Below, in pieces: positions 24,091 to 34,749 of a stretch of DNA of 43,584 bases. The first letter of the stretch is position 1. The number at the start of each line of letters is the position of its first letter. Source of the DNA: a virus (Duplodnaviria; Caudoviricetes); the IMG/VR virus record IMGVR_UViG_3300030376_006915, positions 1-43,584 of that record; one strand, written 5' to 3'. A program made the position numbers and the translations under genes. A model generated the notes under the pieces. It was not told where the DNA came from, ran no database searches, and saw nothing but the letters and a program-made list of their open reading frames with translations.

Positions 24091-26202
24091 TTAACCTGTA
24101 AATCTGCTAAAATCGTTATAAGCTCCTGTGTTTCCAGGTGTACTCCCACCACCACCACCGCCACCAAATGCTCCGCCGAAAAGACCGCCAGCTAATTGAA
24201 ATAAGCCTCCTGTTACAGCTCCTGATGTTGCAGCTTGCGCAGCTTGTGCAGCTTGTTGATTAACCATAGATTGTGTTGCTAGTCCTGATAATCTATCTAA
24301 GTTTCTTTGAGCCATATCAAATGCCATACCTTGTTGATATTGAACCCCCGCTACATCCGCTTGTCTTAATGATTGCTGTTCTGCAAGTTGTATATTTTGT
24401 TTTCTTATTGCTTCGGAAAGTTGAGCTTGCTGTATTCTACCTGCCTCTTGAAAACTAGTATCATCTACTCTTCTTGCTTCACCAAATCTAATTCCTTGCA
24501 ACCTTTGAGCTTCTGTTTGAGCAGCAGTATCTAATCTTAACCCCTCTCTTTCTCTTAAACTTTCTAGTCTTAATCTTTCAGAAAAAGCAATGTCCTGTAG
24601 CCTTTTGCTTTCATTCATTCTTATTTGTTCAACTTGTTGTTGCCCTTGCGCTCTTAATTGTGTATTTCTAGCTTCTTGTTGCTCAATCGTTGCTGAAATA
24701 CCTAATTTACTTTGTAAAGCTGCTTGTGCAATTGCGGTTGCTCCCCCTGCTCCAGCACCTGTTGCTCTAATGGTTGACAATGTATTTGCTAATGCTTGAT
24801 CTGTTTGTTGCGCTTGTAAATCTGCTGCTTGTGTAGCTACTTGTAAGTTTGCAAATGTATTAGAAGCTAAATCACTTGTGTCTGCAGCTAATCCAGAAAA
24901 ATCTTCTGCGCCCCTTCTTAAATCATTTAAATATCCTGTAGTAGGATCTACCATGTCAGATCTATCTCTTAATAATCTTCTTCTATCGTTTGCCCCTGTA
25001 AATATGTCGCTTCTATCTTGTATAATGCCACTTTTGTCACGAAATCTTCCGTATGGGTTTTTAATTTCACTGTCAGCATACAGCTGTCCTCCTAATTCTT
25101 CCATTTGCAATGCTTTTATAGAGCCTGCAAACCCTGGGGTTGAGCCCCCTGGTGTTCCTGTTCCTGTTCCTGTTCCGCTTTGTCCTGGTATTGTAAAACC
25201 TCCAGCTCCTGTTCCTGTTCCACCTGTAGAACCAGCTGTTCCACCTACACCTATAAAAACATTACTTTTAGTACCATCAGGGCTTAATAAATATCCATCT
25301 TCAGTTGTGACGCTTGCTAACGCTCCACCTTCTATTGCTGCTCTTCCTTTTGTTTCCATATCTTCTACAAAAGCAGCATTATCAAAGTTGCCTTCGTCGT
25401 CTATAAAAGGTTTTTTAGCTTCTTCCATAGAAGTTTGAATGGCTTCTTTAAATTCATCCGTATTTATTTGTTTTTTAAATTCTTCAGTAAAAAGATTATC
25501 AAAATCTAAAACAACATTACCTTCTGCGTCTCTTTCTACATCTTCAGTTTGTGTTCCAGTAAATTCAGCTTCTTCATCAAAATATTCACTATCCGGGTTT
25601 GTTGATTTATAGTTTGTTTTTTTAGCTATTTTATCAAAACCAGCTTGTAATTCCCAATACGGAACATCTAGTTTACCATTTCCTAATATATTAAACATAT
25701 CAAGGCTAGCTTGTATTTTCACAGGGTCTAAATCATTTAATAAAGAATTAGGGCCAAAAATGTCTGCTTGTTGCATTGCTTGCATTATTTCATTATTACT
25801 AAGCATTGTAGCAGCTGTTTCCGCAGTATTTCCTGCTGGAGTTTCTGTTGTTGATCCTCCTGCTAAGTCATTTTCTTCTTGAAACGGGAATTCTGTAAAT
25901 GCTGGAAGTTGGCTAAAAGGGCTATTACCCCCTAACATTAAAGACGGATCTTGCTCTAAAGATCTAGCTATAGTTCTCGTGCTTCCGGGCTGCACTGGAT
26001 TATCAAATTTTTCTGCATAAGATAAATATGCTTCTTTAGCTATTGCTGCATCTTCTTCCGCTTCTTCATATGCTTTTTTTGCTTTTCTTTTTTGACCAAT
26101 ACCATTTATAATACTAATAATACCTAGTCCTATACTAAGGGGGTCTACAGCCGCGTGTTGTAAAGTGTTAGCTACTTCTATTATTGTATATATTTCTTCC
26201 AT
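24091..26202 (-). CDS. Putative DNA-ejection/pilot protein (703 aa)
   Basis: N-terminal hydrophobic glycine helix, Q/A-rich coiled region with 11-aa repeats, Gly-rich C-terminal membrane-like segment. Confidence 0.65.
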   Translation of the reverse strand: MEEIYTIIEVANTLQHAAVDPLSIGLGIISIINGIGQKRKAKKAYEEAEEDAAIAKEAYLSYAEKFDNPVQPGSTRTIARSLEQDPSLMLGGNSPFSQLPAFTEFPFQEENDLAGGSTTETPAGNTAETAATMLSNNEIMQAMQQADIFGPNSLLNDLDPVKIQASLDMFNILGNGKLDVPYWELQAGFDKIAKKTNYKSTNPDSEYFDEEAEFTGTQTEDVERDAEGNVVLDFDNLFTEEFKKQINTDEFKEAIQTSMEEAKKPFIDDEGNFDNAAFVEDMETKGRAAIEGGALASVTTEDGYLLSPDGTKSNVFIGVGGTAGSTGGTGTGAGGFTIPGQSGTGTGTGTPGGSTPGFAGSIKALQMEELGGQLYADSEIKNPYGRFRDKSGIIQDRSDIFTGANDRRRLLRDRSDMVDPTTGYLNDLRRGAEDFSGLAADTSDLASNTFANLQVATQAADLQAQQTDQALANTLSTIRATGAGAGGATAIAQAALQSKLGISATIEQQEARNTQLRAQGQQQVEQIRMNESKRLQDIAFSERLRLESLREREGLRLDTAAQTEAQRLQGIRFGEARRVDDTSFQEAGRIQQAQLSEAIRKQNIQLAEQQSLRQADVAGVQYQQGMAFDMAQRNLDRLSGLATQSMVNQQAAQAAQAATSGAVTGGLFQLAGGLFGGAFGGGGGGGSTPGNTGAYNDFSRFTG

Positions 26203-26204
26203 AA

Positions 26205-27926
26205 TTAATTAGTTAATAATTCGTATTCACTTGATACCGCGAATAATTCTTTTGCTGAAGTGTCTGAAACACTAAGTTGTACTTTGTTAAAAAATCCTTT
26301 TACACCCGATATATCTCCACCAAACAATACTTCATTTGTTTTAGGTAAAGTTTCATTTACAATATACGAGTAATATTTGTTATCTTTCTTTTTAAATCCT
26401 GTTATCATTAAGTCTTGCCAAGTGTTTTCTGCACTAGCGCTTGTAGATACATAAGCCGGTATAAATGCGCCTTTGTCACTGTCTGTTTCAATAGATTTTA
26501 CTGACCATCCTGTATTGCCTTCATAATTTATAGTTCTAAAATACTTTGAAACTGAAGGAGGTTTGTTAAATATTAAATCAACAGTTGAAGCAATCGTAGA
26601 GTTTCCGTAAAAAGAGCCCCTGTTAGCATCTAAATCATAATGCTTATATAAATCATTTACGCCGTAAGTATAAAAGTCTGCATCTATACTTCCTCCAAAC
26701 GCAGGTTTATATCCATAAAATGATGACCAACCATTTATATCTTCATCAAATGTTACAGTTTGAAAACCACTTGTAAAATCTCTTAAGTGTATTGTTATTG
26801 TATCTCCTACAGGAGGTGCCGATGCCATAGTTACAACACCGGTTGAAGTGTTATATGTATAATCTGTATTTGCAGCTAATGCTGTTGTACCTCTACTTGT
26901 TTGAAATATTTCAATTTGAGATATGTTTGTAGGGTCAGGTAAATTAACTGTAGCAAAACTTGCGTCAACTATTGTAAATGCAAGTGAAATCGTAGTATCA
27001 CTCCCGTTTCCAATAAATGTATTTGTTACTAAATTTTCTTGTAATGATAGTACATATTTTTTTCTATTATTATCCCATATACCTATTATTGAATCCGCAA
27101 GCTTTAAATTTGTTTTAAAGTAATCTCGCATACCAAAATTAGATATTTCAGTTATACCATCTCTAGATAATCTTAAAACAACCCCGTTATTTTTATCTGT
27201 AAAATATTTTCTACCTGCATGGTAAGCAAAACTTTCGGGATTTTTACTTATACCATAATTACCTGTATATGCAACAACTTGACCTAATACTTGATCTGAA
27301 GACGTTACCTGAGGGTCTCCCTCTGCTGTAAATATAATGTCTTTATCTATAAGTATATTATGCACTTTGTTTTCTTGAAAAACATTTAAGTTATTATCTT
27401 CTGCAAATAATTTTTGTATTGATCCAAACGATGAATCAATTGATTTTGTATTAGGTATTGAAGGATTAAACTGATTTATTTGGTTTGTTCTTGTTCTTCC
27501 ATTGTATATACCTGAATATATAAGAGACGCTTCTCTTGTTTCTGGCGCATACTCATTATCTGTTATTGCCGCTCTTACCCCAAAGTCTACTGTTTTACCA
27601 TTAAATGCCCCTCGTATTCTTGACTCTTCTATATGCCAGCTTTTTACAACAACTAATATTGATTTATTATTATCAGGGGCTGATGTAAAAGTAATTACTC
27701 TTGTTTTGTTTTTATATGTATATCCTGACGCTGGTTGTAATTCATTATCAAAATATACTTGAAAATCCGCTTCTGAATTAGGTACTGCATATATAGTGTC
27801 CCCGCTAATTTCAGCAATAGTAAATGCAGTTGCACTCCCATTACCGGTTCCAATTACTTGATGCGTAACCTCAGAACTCTTTATAAGAAAGGTATTATAG
27901 TATTTTATTTCTAGTGTTACACTCAT
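26205..27926 (-). CDS. Tail tube/nozzle (stabilization) protein, C-terminal-type part
   Basis: IEESRI, LIYSGIYN, YGISKNPESFA, YFTDK..GVVLRLSRDG and GWSSF beta-propeller-like motifs; synteny. Confidence 0.7.
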   Translation of the reverse strand: MSVTLEIKYYNTFLIKSSEVTHQVIGTGNGSATAFTIAEISGDTIYAVPNSEADFQVYFDNELQPASGYTYKNKTRVITFTSAPDNNKSILVVVKSWHIEESRIRGAFNGKTVDFGVRAAITDNEYAPETREASLIYSGIYNGRTRTNQINQFNPSIPNTKSIDSSFGSIQKLFAEDNNLNVFQENKVHNILIDKDIIFTAEGDPQVTSSDQVLGQVVAYTGNYGISKNPESFAYHAGRKYFTDKNNGVVLRLSRDGITEISNFGMRDYFKTNLKLADSIIGIWDNNRKKYVLSLQENLVTNTFIGNGSDTTISLAFTIVDASFATVNLPDPTNISQIEIFQTSRGTTALAANTDYTYNTSTGVVTMASAPPVGDTITIHLRDFTSGFQTVTFDEDINGWSSFYGYKPAFGGSIDADFYTYGVNDLYKHYDLDANRGSFYGNSTIASTVDLIFNKPPSVSKYFRTINYEGNTGWSVKSIETDSDKGAFIPAYVSTSASAENTWQDLMITGFKKKDNKYYSYIVNETLPKTNEVLFGGDISGVKGFFNKVQLSVSDTSAKELFAVSSEYELLTN

Positions 27927-27956
27927 AGTTTTATTATTACGCTATTTTATTTATTA

Positions 27957-30900
27957 TTAAGGGTGACTCAACCCACAAGAAACTTGACCTGGCCACTTAA
28001 TTGCGCCATTGCTTCCAAACTCTATGTAGAACGTTTGGCTACCTAAATTAATATAGCTGTTAGAGCCAGTCCAAAAATATGTTCTTTGCACTCTATAATA
28101 CTTATCATTACCATCAAAAACAGATCCTTGTTGCGCTCCCTGTGTATGAGCCGCTTCAGGTGTTGTATAATATACATCTCCTATATTACGCCCTAAAGTT
28201 TTTGAATATATCTTATTAGCGCTACTTACAGCTATATCACAAATAGCTGGATAGCCATCACTTTCAAGCTCGTCTGATGGCACAGGGTATGTACTAGGGC
28301 CTGAATGAGGCCCGCTATACCAATATCCTATAATACCAGATGTTCCATCGTCTGTTATTCTTTTAACGTCAACAGTTATTGAATAAGCTGTTCCCCCTGT
28401 AGGGGTTGCTGTTAATGTAAATGAACCATTTTGTGCAGCTGTCCCTATTGAGCAAGTTCCACTAAATGATCCTGATGTACTAGTAGAAGGTGAATTTAAA
28501 GTTACACTTGATCCACTAACACTTGCATTTGAAATTGTAACACCAATATTTCCAGTTCCTACTATGTCAAAAGGTATACTTGTGTTAGCTGTGTTTCTGT
28601 TTACAGAATAATGTGTTCCTGCTCCCCCGCTTTGAATAGGCACTCCGTGTATTTTAATTCCTGTAACTGCGCTTGGTGTTCCAGTATTTGGTACCATTAC
28701 TACATTAGCTGAACCACTTGTATCACTACTTAATATTTTTGTTTTACCTGTTATTGAAAAACTACTATTACCGTTAGCCGAAGGTTTAGTAATTTGAAAA
28801 GGGCTATCCGCTGTGTGAGAAGTTACATGTATATAATTAGTTGTATTAGGTGTTTGATCACTATAAAATACTTCTGGGTCGGCAGTAAAGGTACCTGAAG
28901 ATGCTGTTATAGTTTTACTATCCATGTCAGCTAGCGAATTACTGACTGCTCCTGACAAACTTAATATCCCATTTCCTGATACTGTATATCCTACATTTAT
29001 CATATTAAGCTGTATTGCTGACACATATTGAGCTGCTCTTGTTATATTAACAGTAAAGCTTGAATTCATATTTCCATTTACATTTTGATTAGGGTTGGTT
29101 CCTGTAAAACCAATAGTTACAGTATTTCCATTATCAGTTTTCACAACAGTAAATCCTGAACCTCCTGCCCCTACAACAATCATATCCGGAGAAAGATTTT
29201 CTCCTGATTTAGAAACCGTAAACTGCATTTGATTTGTAAATGTTGAACCTATGTCACTTACTGCGTATGTATGAGTTTTTGAAACATTTCCTTGTGCACT
29301 CGAAGAAATACCTTCTACTGTACATCCATCAAAAGTTGAACTACCGCTAACAAAAGTCATTGTAAGGGTTGCGTTTTGATTACAAGCTGTTACATTTAAC
29401 GCCACTGTTGCTGATACCGAAGCATTTCCTTTTACAACTGTTATTGCTGATGCTGTACTTCCCGCCACACTTCCGTCTACAGTTGCTTTTTCATTAAATG
29501 CTGCTACTACTATACTTCCTGCGGAAGTTGTACCTGTTATATCATTACATGATCCTTGCCCTGTTAATCTTAATATATACCCGTTTACAATTGTAGCACT
29601 TATTTTTGAAGCTGTTGCTGAGTTACTTGTAATTTCAAAAAACTTACCATTTGTAAAGTAGTTTCTTAAATCTATGTCTGTTGAGCCCGTAATTTCAGTT
29701 GATTGAGTTGGTATACTACCAGTAGTCAATGTTGGCTGCACACTTGGTTGAACAATATTATATGTAAAGTCTGCGGCATTTGGATTTGTAAAAGTAGATC
29801 CTGGTGTTATATTTAATGTTAATGTTCTCAATGTTGCAACTGTAACAGTTGATATATTAGTTGCTGCCCCGTTTGTAAGCGCATTACCTGATAATGCAAC
29901 ACTATTTAAAGAATCCGCTCCTGGTTGAATTGTTCCTTGTGTAAATACAGCATTTTCTGCTATAGAAAATCCTGAAGGTATTGCGTTTACCGCTACTGTA
30001 TATGCTACTAAAGCTGGCGCTGCTGGTTGTATAACATTTCTTACTGCTGTATACAAATAATCTGATGAAGCAGAATTACTATATCCGCTTGTAGGTATCT
30101 GTATTCTTATAGTATTACTATTACTAGAATAAGTATTAGCTGAACCGTCAGATCTTCCTAAAGGTACTGATACTGTTTGTGTATTACTAGTATTAGCAGC
30201 TACTCCACTTGAAGGAGCATATAAAACTTGCGGTGAATTTCCTGCAACTGTTGTAACAGCCCCTGTATGAGCAACACTTATGCTACCTGTCCAGTCAGAA
30301 ACCTGAAATAATCCAAGTGCTGGCGTTGTAATTTGTATTGGCCCTTGTATATTTACTCCCTGTGAATTAGTTGCAAAAGCCCAAACATAAAATAATGTAT
30401 TTATTGTTGCATCACTCTTGGTGGTTGTAAATGTACCTGTACCGCTTCCTACTGAAACCGAGGTTGCATTAGCGAATACATCTGTAGTTCCTATTTTAAA
30501 TCCTCTTGCAGATACAGTTGCGTTTCCATTTGAACTTATTGTTGCAGACACCGTAAATGTTGCGGCTGAACTTGATGTAGATTCAGTTGATGTTAATGAT
30601 AAATCAGAAAATAATGGCACAGTTGTACTTAGCCCGCTAGTTGCTGGTTGTACAGCTGTTGTAGACATAATAATATTTTGACCCGCATTTGTATACCCAT
30701 TAGGAGCTGTTATAGTTAATTGTGCTGTTCTGGTTGTATTTGTGCTTACTGCAAAATAATTAAAACCTACAGTTTCATCTGCGTCTGTTGTTGCGTTAAC
30801 ATATACTACGGATTGTAATGAGCCAATATCAATTGTTGGCGCTGTAATAGCTCCATCTTCAGCTACTGCAAAATTTGATACTGTTACACTGGCTGAAGTA

Positions 30901-33638
30901 AATACTCCTGTTTCTAAAGCATTCAACTCATTAATTAATCCAGTAGTTGAAGTTTCATAATAAATATTTATTTCACTTTCAATAGGTTTCGTTTCAAATA
31001 CTGCTAAATCTAAATATTTACCTCTTTTTATATAAGATGTAACTCCTGATTTTGGAAATTCTGTGTTATCTGAGGCAGTATCATCTGTAAACAGCATTCT
31101 TACTCCATGTAAATCTGAATCGCTTGATGTTTCTCCATATGGAGGCAATTGAGCTATTAAATGATTGTTTTCTCTTTGATAGAAAGGCCCACCTGCATCG
31201 TCTGTAAGCGATGATGATCTGCTATATTCTTGAACTGTGTTTATATTAATTGAACTAAAATCTGATAGTTTACCAATACCTGTTATAGGTAGTTCATCGT
31301 CTGCTGATAATGATTGTATTCTTTTTTCAGGGTTATATGCAATTGTTTTAGCTATTTGTCCCGATGATGAGTCTGTAACTTCTGCTGCTCCATATCCTGT
31401 ATTACTGTTAGCGTCTGCTACAGAATTAAAAGTTAATTGAGTTACTTCTACAAAACCAACATCAGCATTTGCTGTTAAATCAGGAAACGTTAATGACCAT
31501 ACTATTTGTTTTTTTCTTGCTCCTAATGTAACTGTGGTAGCAGCATTTGTTAAATCAGTTTGATTTGATATTGAACTAGTACAAGGAGTAAACTTAAAAT
31601 CTTTATCCGAGCTTTCATGTCTATTAAATATTTGATATTGATTACATGAAAAAACCATCGCCGCTGATGTAATTGTTTTTCCTCCAGTAGTTGCGCTTCT
31701 TGTTCCTGTGGTTGTAGTTGTAGTTGTGTAAAAAGCTGTATTAATTACTTTAGGAAATAATATAACATTTGATCTAGCTATAGCGTTATCTGCTGAAATA
31801 GTTTCCATTAGTCTAGGAATTTTGTTTATATTATCCCCAAACAATGTTATATAAGAATTGTTGTCTACAGCTGTTGCTCCAGGCGTATATACATTATAAT
31901 ACTCTTGCTCCAATTGCTTTACAACAACCCTATAAGAATACCACCCATAAGGATTATACGTGCTATACACACCACTGTTTAATTCGTTTGAATATACATC
32001 GCTATCCGGTATTAATTTACCACTTTGTGCATTAAAAGTTATTTTTAAATTATCTCCTACCCAACTATTAAACTCACCTGCTTTTGTTCTTGCTGGAACT
32101 GTAATTATAGAATTTGAAGCAGTTGATGGTAAAATAACTGGCGATTGTCTTCCAAATATATCAGCTAATACAACACCTATTTGATATGTTCTTCTTTGTT
32201 TTAATGAGCTATCAGGGTATTCATGATTAACTAATGTAACTGTTATAGCCGCCCCATCTGCAGGAGCTGTATTAAATGTTATTACCCCTGTTGTTCCATC
32301 ATAAGCATAATTTGAAGAGGCTAATAATACATCATTTATATAAACAACAAATTGATTTGTATTTGCAGGAGGTATACTTGTTGATCCTCTCGTGGGTGAT
32401 TTTAATGTTAATGTAAACTCATCCTCACTCCCGTCACCTGTAAAAGTTTGTGTTGCTTTTGCCCCAAAAGAAACAGTATAGTCTAACGCTGGAACAGTTA
32501 TATTTTGAGAATAATTACCAAATACTAATCTATTACCTACAATGTCTAATGCTTTTGCTTTTGTAGGTACATTGTCAAAAACTCTTGTTATTTGATCTTC
32601 TGGTAAAGTTTCTTGTGGAGTATCAGATTTATAAGTATATGTATAAAATGTTGAACTAATATCTGCATCAGTCAATGTTTTCGTTTCAACTATTCTTGCT
32701 ACAGTACTATCTGATTCTTTAATTATAATTTCAACTTCTTTTATTTCAAAATCAGCATTAGGGTTTATACTTGGCAAATCAATACCTAAAACAGCGGTAT
32801 TAACATGGTTTATCATCCCGTCTAATTCTGTTGCCTGATAAGCCCTTGCTTCCGCAGCTTCATTAAATACTCCATACTCTGTGTTTGATTTATAAGAATG
32901 TTGAAATGCTATTTGTGTAAATGGAGCTAGTACAGAATATTCGTTGTCATTAAATTTATATCTATATGAAAATCTTACAAACTCTTCTTCTATATAATCA
33001 TTTTCAAGTGTTGCGTCATTACTCATTGTGGAAATTCCATCAATATCATTTTCTGTCATAAATACAACAGGTGTATATGGGGCATACTTAGCTAAACTTA
33101 TTTTTAATTCATTATTATAAAAATCTGTATCTCCAATTGCTTTTACAACATTAATTCTTCTTGGTTGATTTTTGTTATCTGTCCAAAACAATAAATCATC
33201 AATCATTGCAATCCCAGTGATTTTATATTTTTTACTAAACTTTAAAAATCTTCCAGTTACAATTGCTTTAGCTGTTTTAAAAGTTGCACTAGAGGGGTCT
33301 GCGTCGTAATAATAAATAGCATGAAATCGTGGGTCAGTTAATCCTGAATCTATATACCAATCTGTAGCCGATAAATCATTATTATCTGTAACAAACCAAT
33401 ATATACGTTTGTTTTTTTCATCAAAGTACGTTCCTATTACGTCCACATCTGAAGATAAACCAAGTGTTGTATGAGCTATTGTATTACCAGCAGCGTTTTG
33501 TATAACACCAACATTTGAACCATCAGGTTTTAATACTTCAATATTTTGTGCATCTCTGTATTCACCCTCTGGTAGAAGTCTATCGTCCAGGTCTTTATTC
33601 ATTTTCCCACCAAGGAAAGTATTTTTGATTTCTGGCAT
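27957..33638 (-). CDS. Tail stabilization/nozzle protein (N-terminal type) fused to a long T/S/G-rich fibre-like extension (1893 aa)
   Basis: N-terminal F.GGKMNKDLDDRL.P.GEYRDAQN, LFWTDN.NQPRRIN, RFSYRYK, GNRLVFGNY; C-terminal beta-rich region with an FN3-like module. Confidence 0.75.
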   Translation of the reverse strand: MPEIKNTFLGGKMNKDLDDRLLPEGEYRDAQNIEVLKPDGSNVGVIQNAAGNTIAHTTLGLSSDVDVIGTYFDEKNKRIYWFVTDNNDLSATDWYIDSGLTDPRFHAIYYYDADPSSATFKTAKAIVTGRFLKFSKKYKITGIAMIDDLLFWTDNKNQPRRINVVKAIGDTDFYNNELKISLAKYAPYTPVVFMTENDIDGISTMSNDATLENDYIEEEFVRFSYRYKFNDNEYSVLAPFTQIAFQHSYKSNTEYGVFNEAAEARAYQATELDGMINHVNTAVLGIDLPSINPNADFEIKEVEIIIKESDSTVARIVETKTLTDADISSTFYTYTYKSDTPQETLPEDQITRVFDNVPTKAKALDIVGNRLVFGNYSQNITVPALDYTVSFGAKATQTFTGDGSEDEFTLTLKSPTRGSTSIPPANTNQFVVYINDVLLASSNYAYDGTTGVITFNTAPADGAAITVTLVNHEYPDSSLKQRRTYQIGVVLADIFGRQSPVILPSTASNSIITVPARTKAGEFNSWVGDNLKITFNAQSGKLIPDSDVYSNELNSGVYSTYNPYGWYSYRVVVKQLEQEYYNVYTPGATAVDNNSYITLFGDNINKIPRLMETISADNAIARSNVILFPKVINTAFYTTTTTTTGTRSATTGGKTITSAAMVFSCNQYQIFNRHESSDKDFKFTPCTSSISNQTDLTNAATTVTLGARKKQIVWSLTFPDLTANADVGFVEVTQLTFNSVADANSNTGYGAAEVTDSSSGQIAKTIAYNPEKRIQSLSADDELPITGIGKLSDFSSININTVQEYSRSSSLTDDAGGPFYQRENNHLIAQLPPYGETSSDSDLHGVRMLFTDDTASDNTEFPKSGVTSYIKRGKYLDLAVFETKPIESEINIYYETSTTGLINELNALETGVFTSASVTVSNFAVAEDGAITAPTIDIGSLQSVVYVNATTDADETVGFNYFAVSTNTTRTAQLTITAPNGYTNAGQNIIMSTTAVQPATSGLSTTVPLFSDLSLTSTESTSSSAATFTVSATISSNGNATVSARGFKIGTTDVFANATSVSVGSGTGTFTTTKSDATINTLFYVWAFATNSQGVNIQGPIQITTPALGLFQVSDWTGSISVAHTGAVTTVAGNSPQVLYAPSSGVAANTSNTQTVSVPLGRSDGSANTYSSNSNTIRIQIPTSGYSNSASSDYLYTAVRNVIQPAAPALVAYTVAVNAIPSGFSIAENAVFTQGTIQPGADSLNSVALSGNALTNGAATNISTVTVATLRTLTLNITPGSTFTNPNAADFTYNIVQPSVQPTLTTGSIPTQSTEITGSTDIDLRNYFTNGKFFEITSNSATASKISATIVNGYILRLTGQGSCNDITGTTSAGSIVVAAFNEKATVDGSVAGSTASAITVVKGNASVSATVALNVTACNQNATLTMTFVSGSSTFDGCTVEGISSSAQGNVSKTHTYAVSDIGSTFTNQMQFTVSKSGENLSPDMIVVGAGGSGFTVVKTDNGNTVTIGFTGTNPNQNVNGNMNSSFTVNITRAAQYVSAIQLNMINVGYTVSGNGILSLSGAVSNSLADMDSKTITASSGTFTADPEVFYSDQTPNTTNYIHVTSHTADSPFQITKPSANGNSSFSITGKTKILSSDTSGSANVVMVPNTGTPSAVTGIKIHGVPIQSGGAGTHYSVNRNTANTSIPFDIVGTGNIGVTISNASVSGSSVTLNSPSTSTSGSFSGTCSIGTAAQNGSFTLTATPTGGTAYSITVDVKRITDDGTSGIIGYWYSGPHSGPSTYPVPSDELESDGYPAICDIAVSSANKIYSKTLGRNIGDVYYTTPEAAHTQGAQQGSVFDGNDKYYRVQRTYFWTGSNSYINLGSQTFYIEFGSNGAIKWPGQVSCGLSHP

Positions 33639-33642
33639 TTAT

Positions 33643-34746
33643 CTAGTGTTTAATCTGTTTAGATTTATTTCTCATTGTAGCTGCAATTTCAGGAAGCTTA
33701 ACATTTGATAATCTTAGTTTTGCATTACGCATAGCAGCCCTTCTTTCTCTTTTATATCTATTTACAATATATTCTGGAATATTTGTTTTTGTTGTAAGTA
33801 TTGCATATGCCATGTGTTTATATAAAGCTTCCTCTGCCATTTTATGTATTTGCATTTCTGCATCCGTACCTAATCCATCTGATACATAATGAATAGTTAA
33901 TATTTTTTCCGATAAATTACTGCTAAAGCTAAACTGCCCATTAGCTTCATCATTTACAAATACGCCGTTAACCTGTAGATGTTCAGGGTTACTTCCATAT
34001 CTTCTACCATAACCTAGTGCACTATTGCTGTAATCTGAGTTAGCTGTAAAATAGTCATATGAACTACTATTGCCTAACTCGGTGTTTGTTTCAATGCCAT
34101 TAAACTTTTTAGTTATTTCATTTTCTGTTAACAGTAAAGAATTGTCAGTGTCATATAGATATTCACTGTCTGTATCTTGTAATACAGCTTGAGAAGGCCT
34201 TGAAGTATTGCTTGTGGGATATATGCGTCTTTCTATTCCATTATCATCAACCCAAGAAAGTTTTACATAATTAACATAATCTTGAGGCATAGGCACAACT
34301 AATGTTGTAGGAACTATTACTTCAAATATTTTTTCAACTCTTGAAATATCATAACTAAATTCTTGAATACCTCTTTTAGCATGAAATAATACATCCTGTT
34401 TTGAAACATAATTTATAAGTTTCCCATCACCTACATATGCTACTAAAAAGTTATTTATTATATCCGCTAATGATATATACCTATAGTTACCTGTGTTTTG
34501 ATTTTGTAATAAAACTTTTATTACAGCTCCATTTGCGGGTGCTGTAGTAAATGTAATTACCCCTGTGCTATTATTATAACTATGTAAGTCGTCATCAACC
34601 TCTAACCCCGCGACAAATACTCTAAATAATGACTCTGCTGTTGGTAATGGAGTAAAAGTTAATGTAAATGCAGTAGTAGACCCGTTTCCTGTAAATAATT
34701 GATTGCCTTCGTAATACTCTCTAGCTGATTGTGTAATTAGTCCCAT
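33643..34746 (-). CDS. Tail ring/tubular (head-tail adaptor) protein
   Basis: MPQDYVNYVK motif; synteny downstream of the capsid genes. Confidence 0.65.
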   Translation of the reverse strand: MGLITQSAREYYEGNQLFTGNGSTTAFTLTFTPLPTAESLFRVFVAGLEVDDDLHSYNNSTGVITFTTAPANGAVIKVLLQNQNTGNYRYISLADIINNFLVAYVGDGKLINYVSKQDVLFHAKRGIQEFSYDISRVEKIFEVIVPTTLVVPMPQDYVNYVKLSWVDDNGIERRIYPTSNTSRPSQAVLQDTDSEYLYDTDNSLLLTENEITKKFNGIETNTELGNSSSYDYFTANSDYSNSALGYGRRYGSNPEHLQVNGVFVNDEANGQFSFSSNLSEKILTIHYVSDGLGTDAEMQIHKMAEEALYKHMAYAILTTKTNIPEYIVNRYKRERRAAMRNAKLRLSNVKLPEIAATMRNKSKQIKH

Positions 34747-34749
34747 TTA

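Noticed and set aside
24878-25438. 186-aa plus-strand ORF and CCTGTT hexamer repeats
   Set aside because: Antisense shadow of a Gly/Thr-rich linker in the pilot protein; low-complexity coding sequence.
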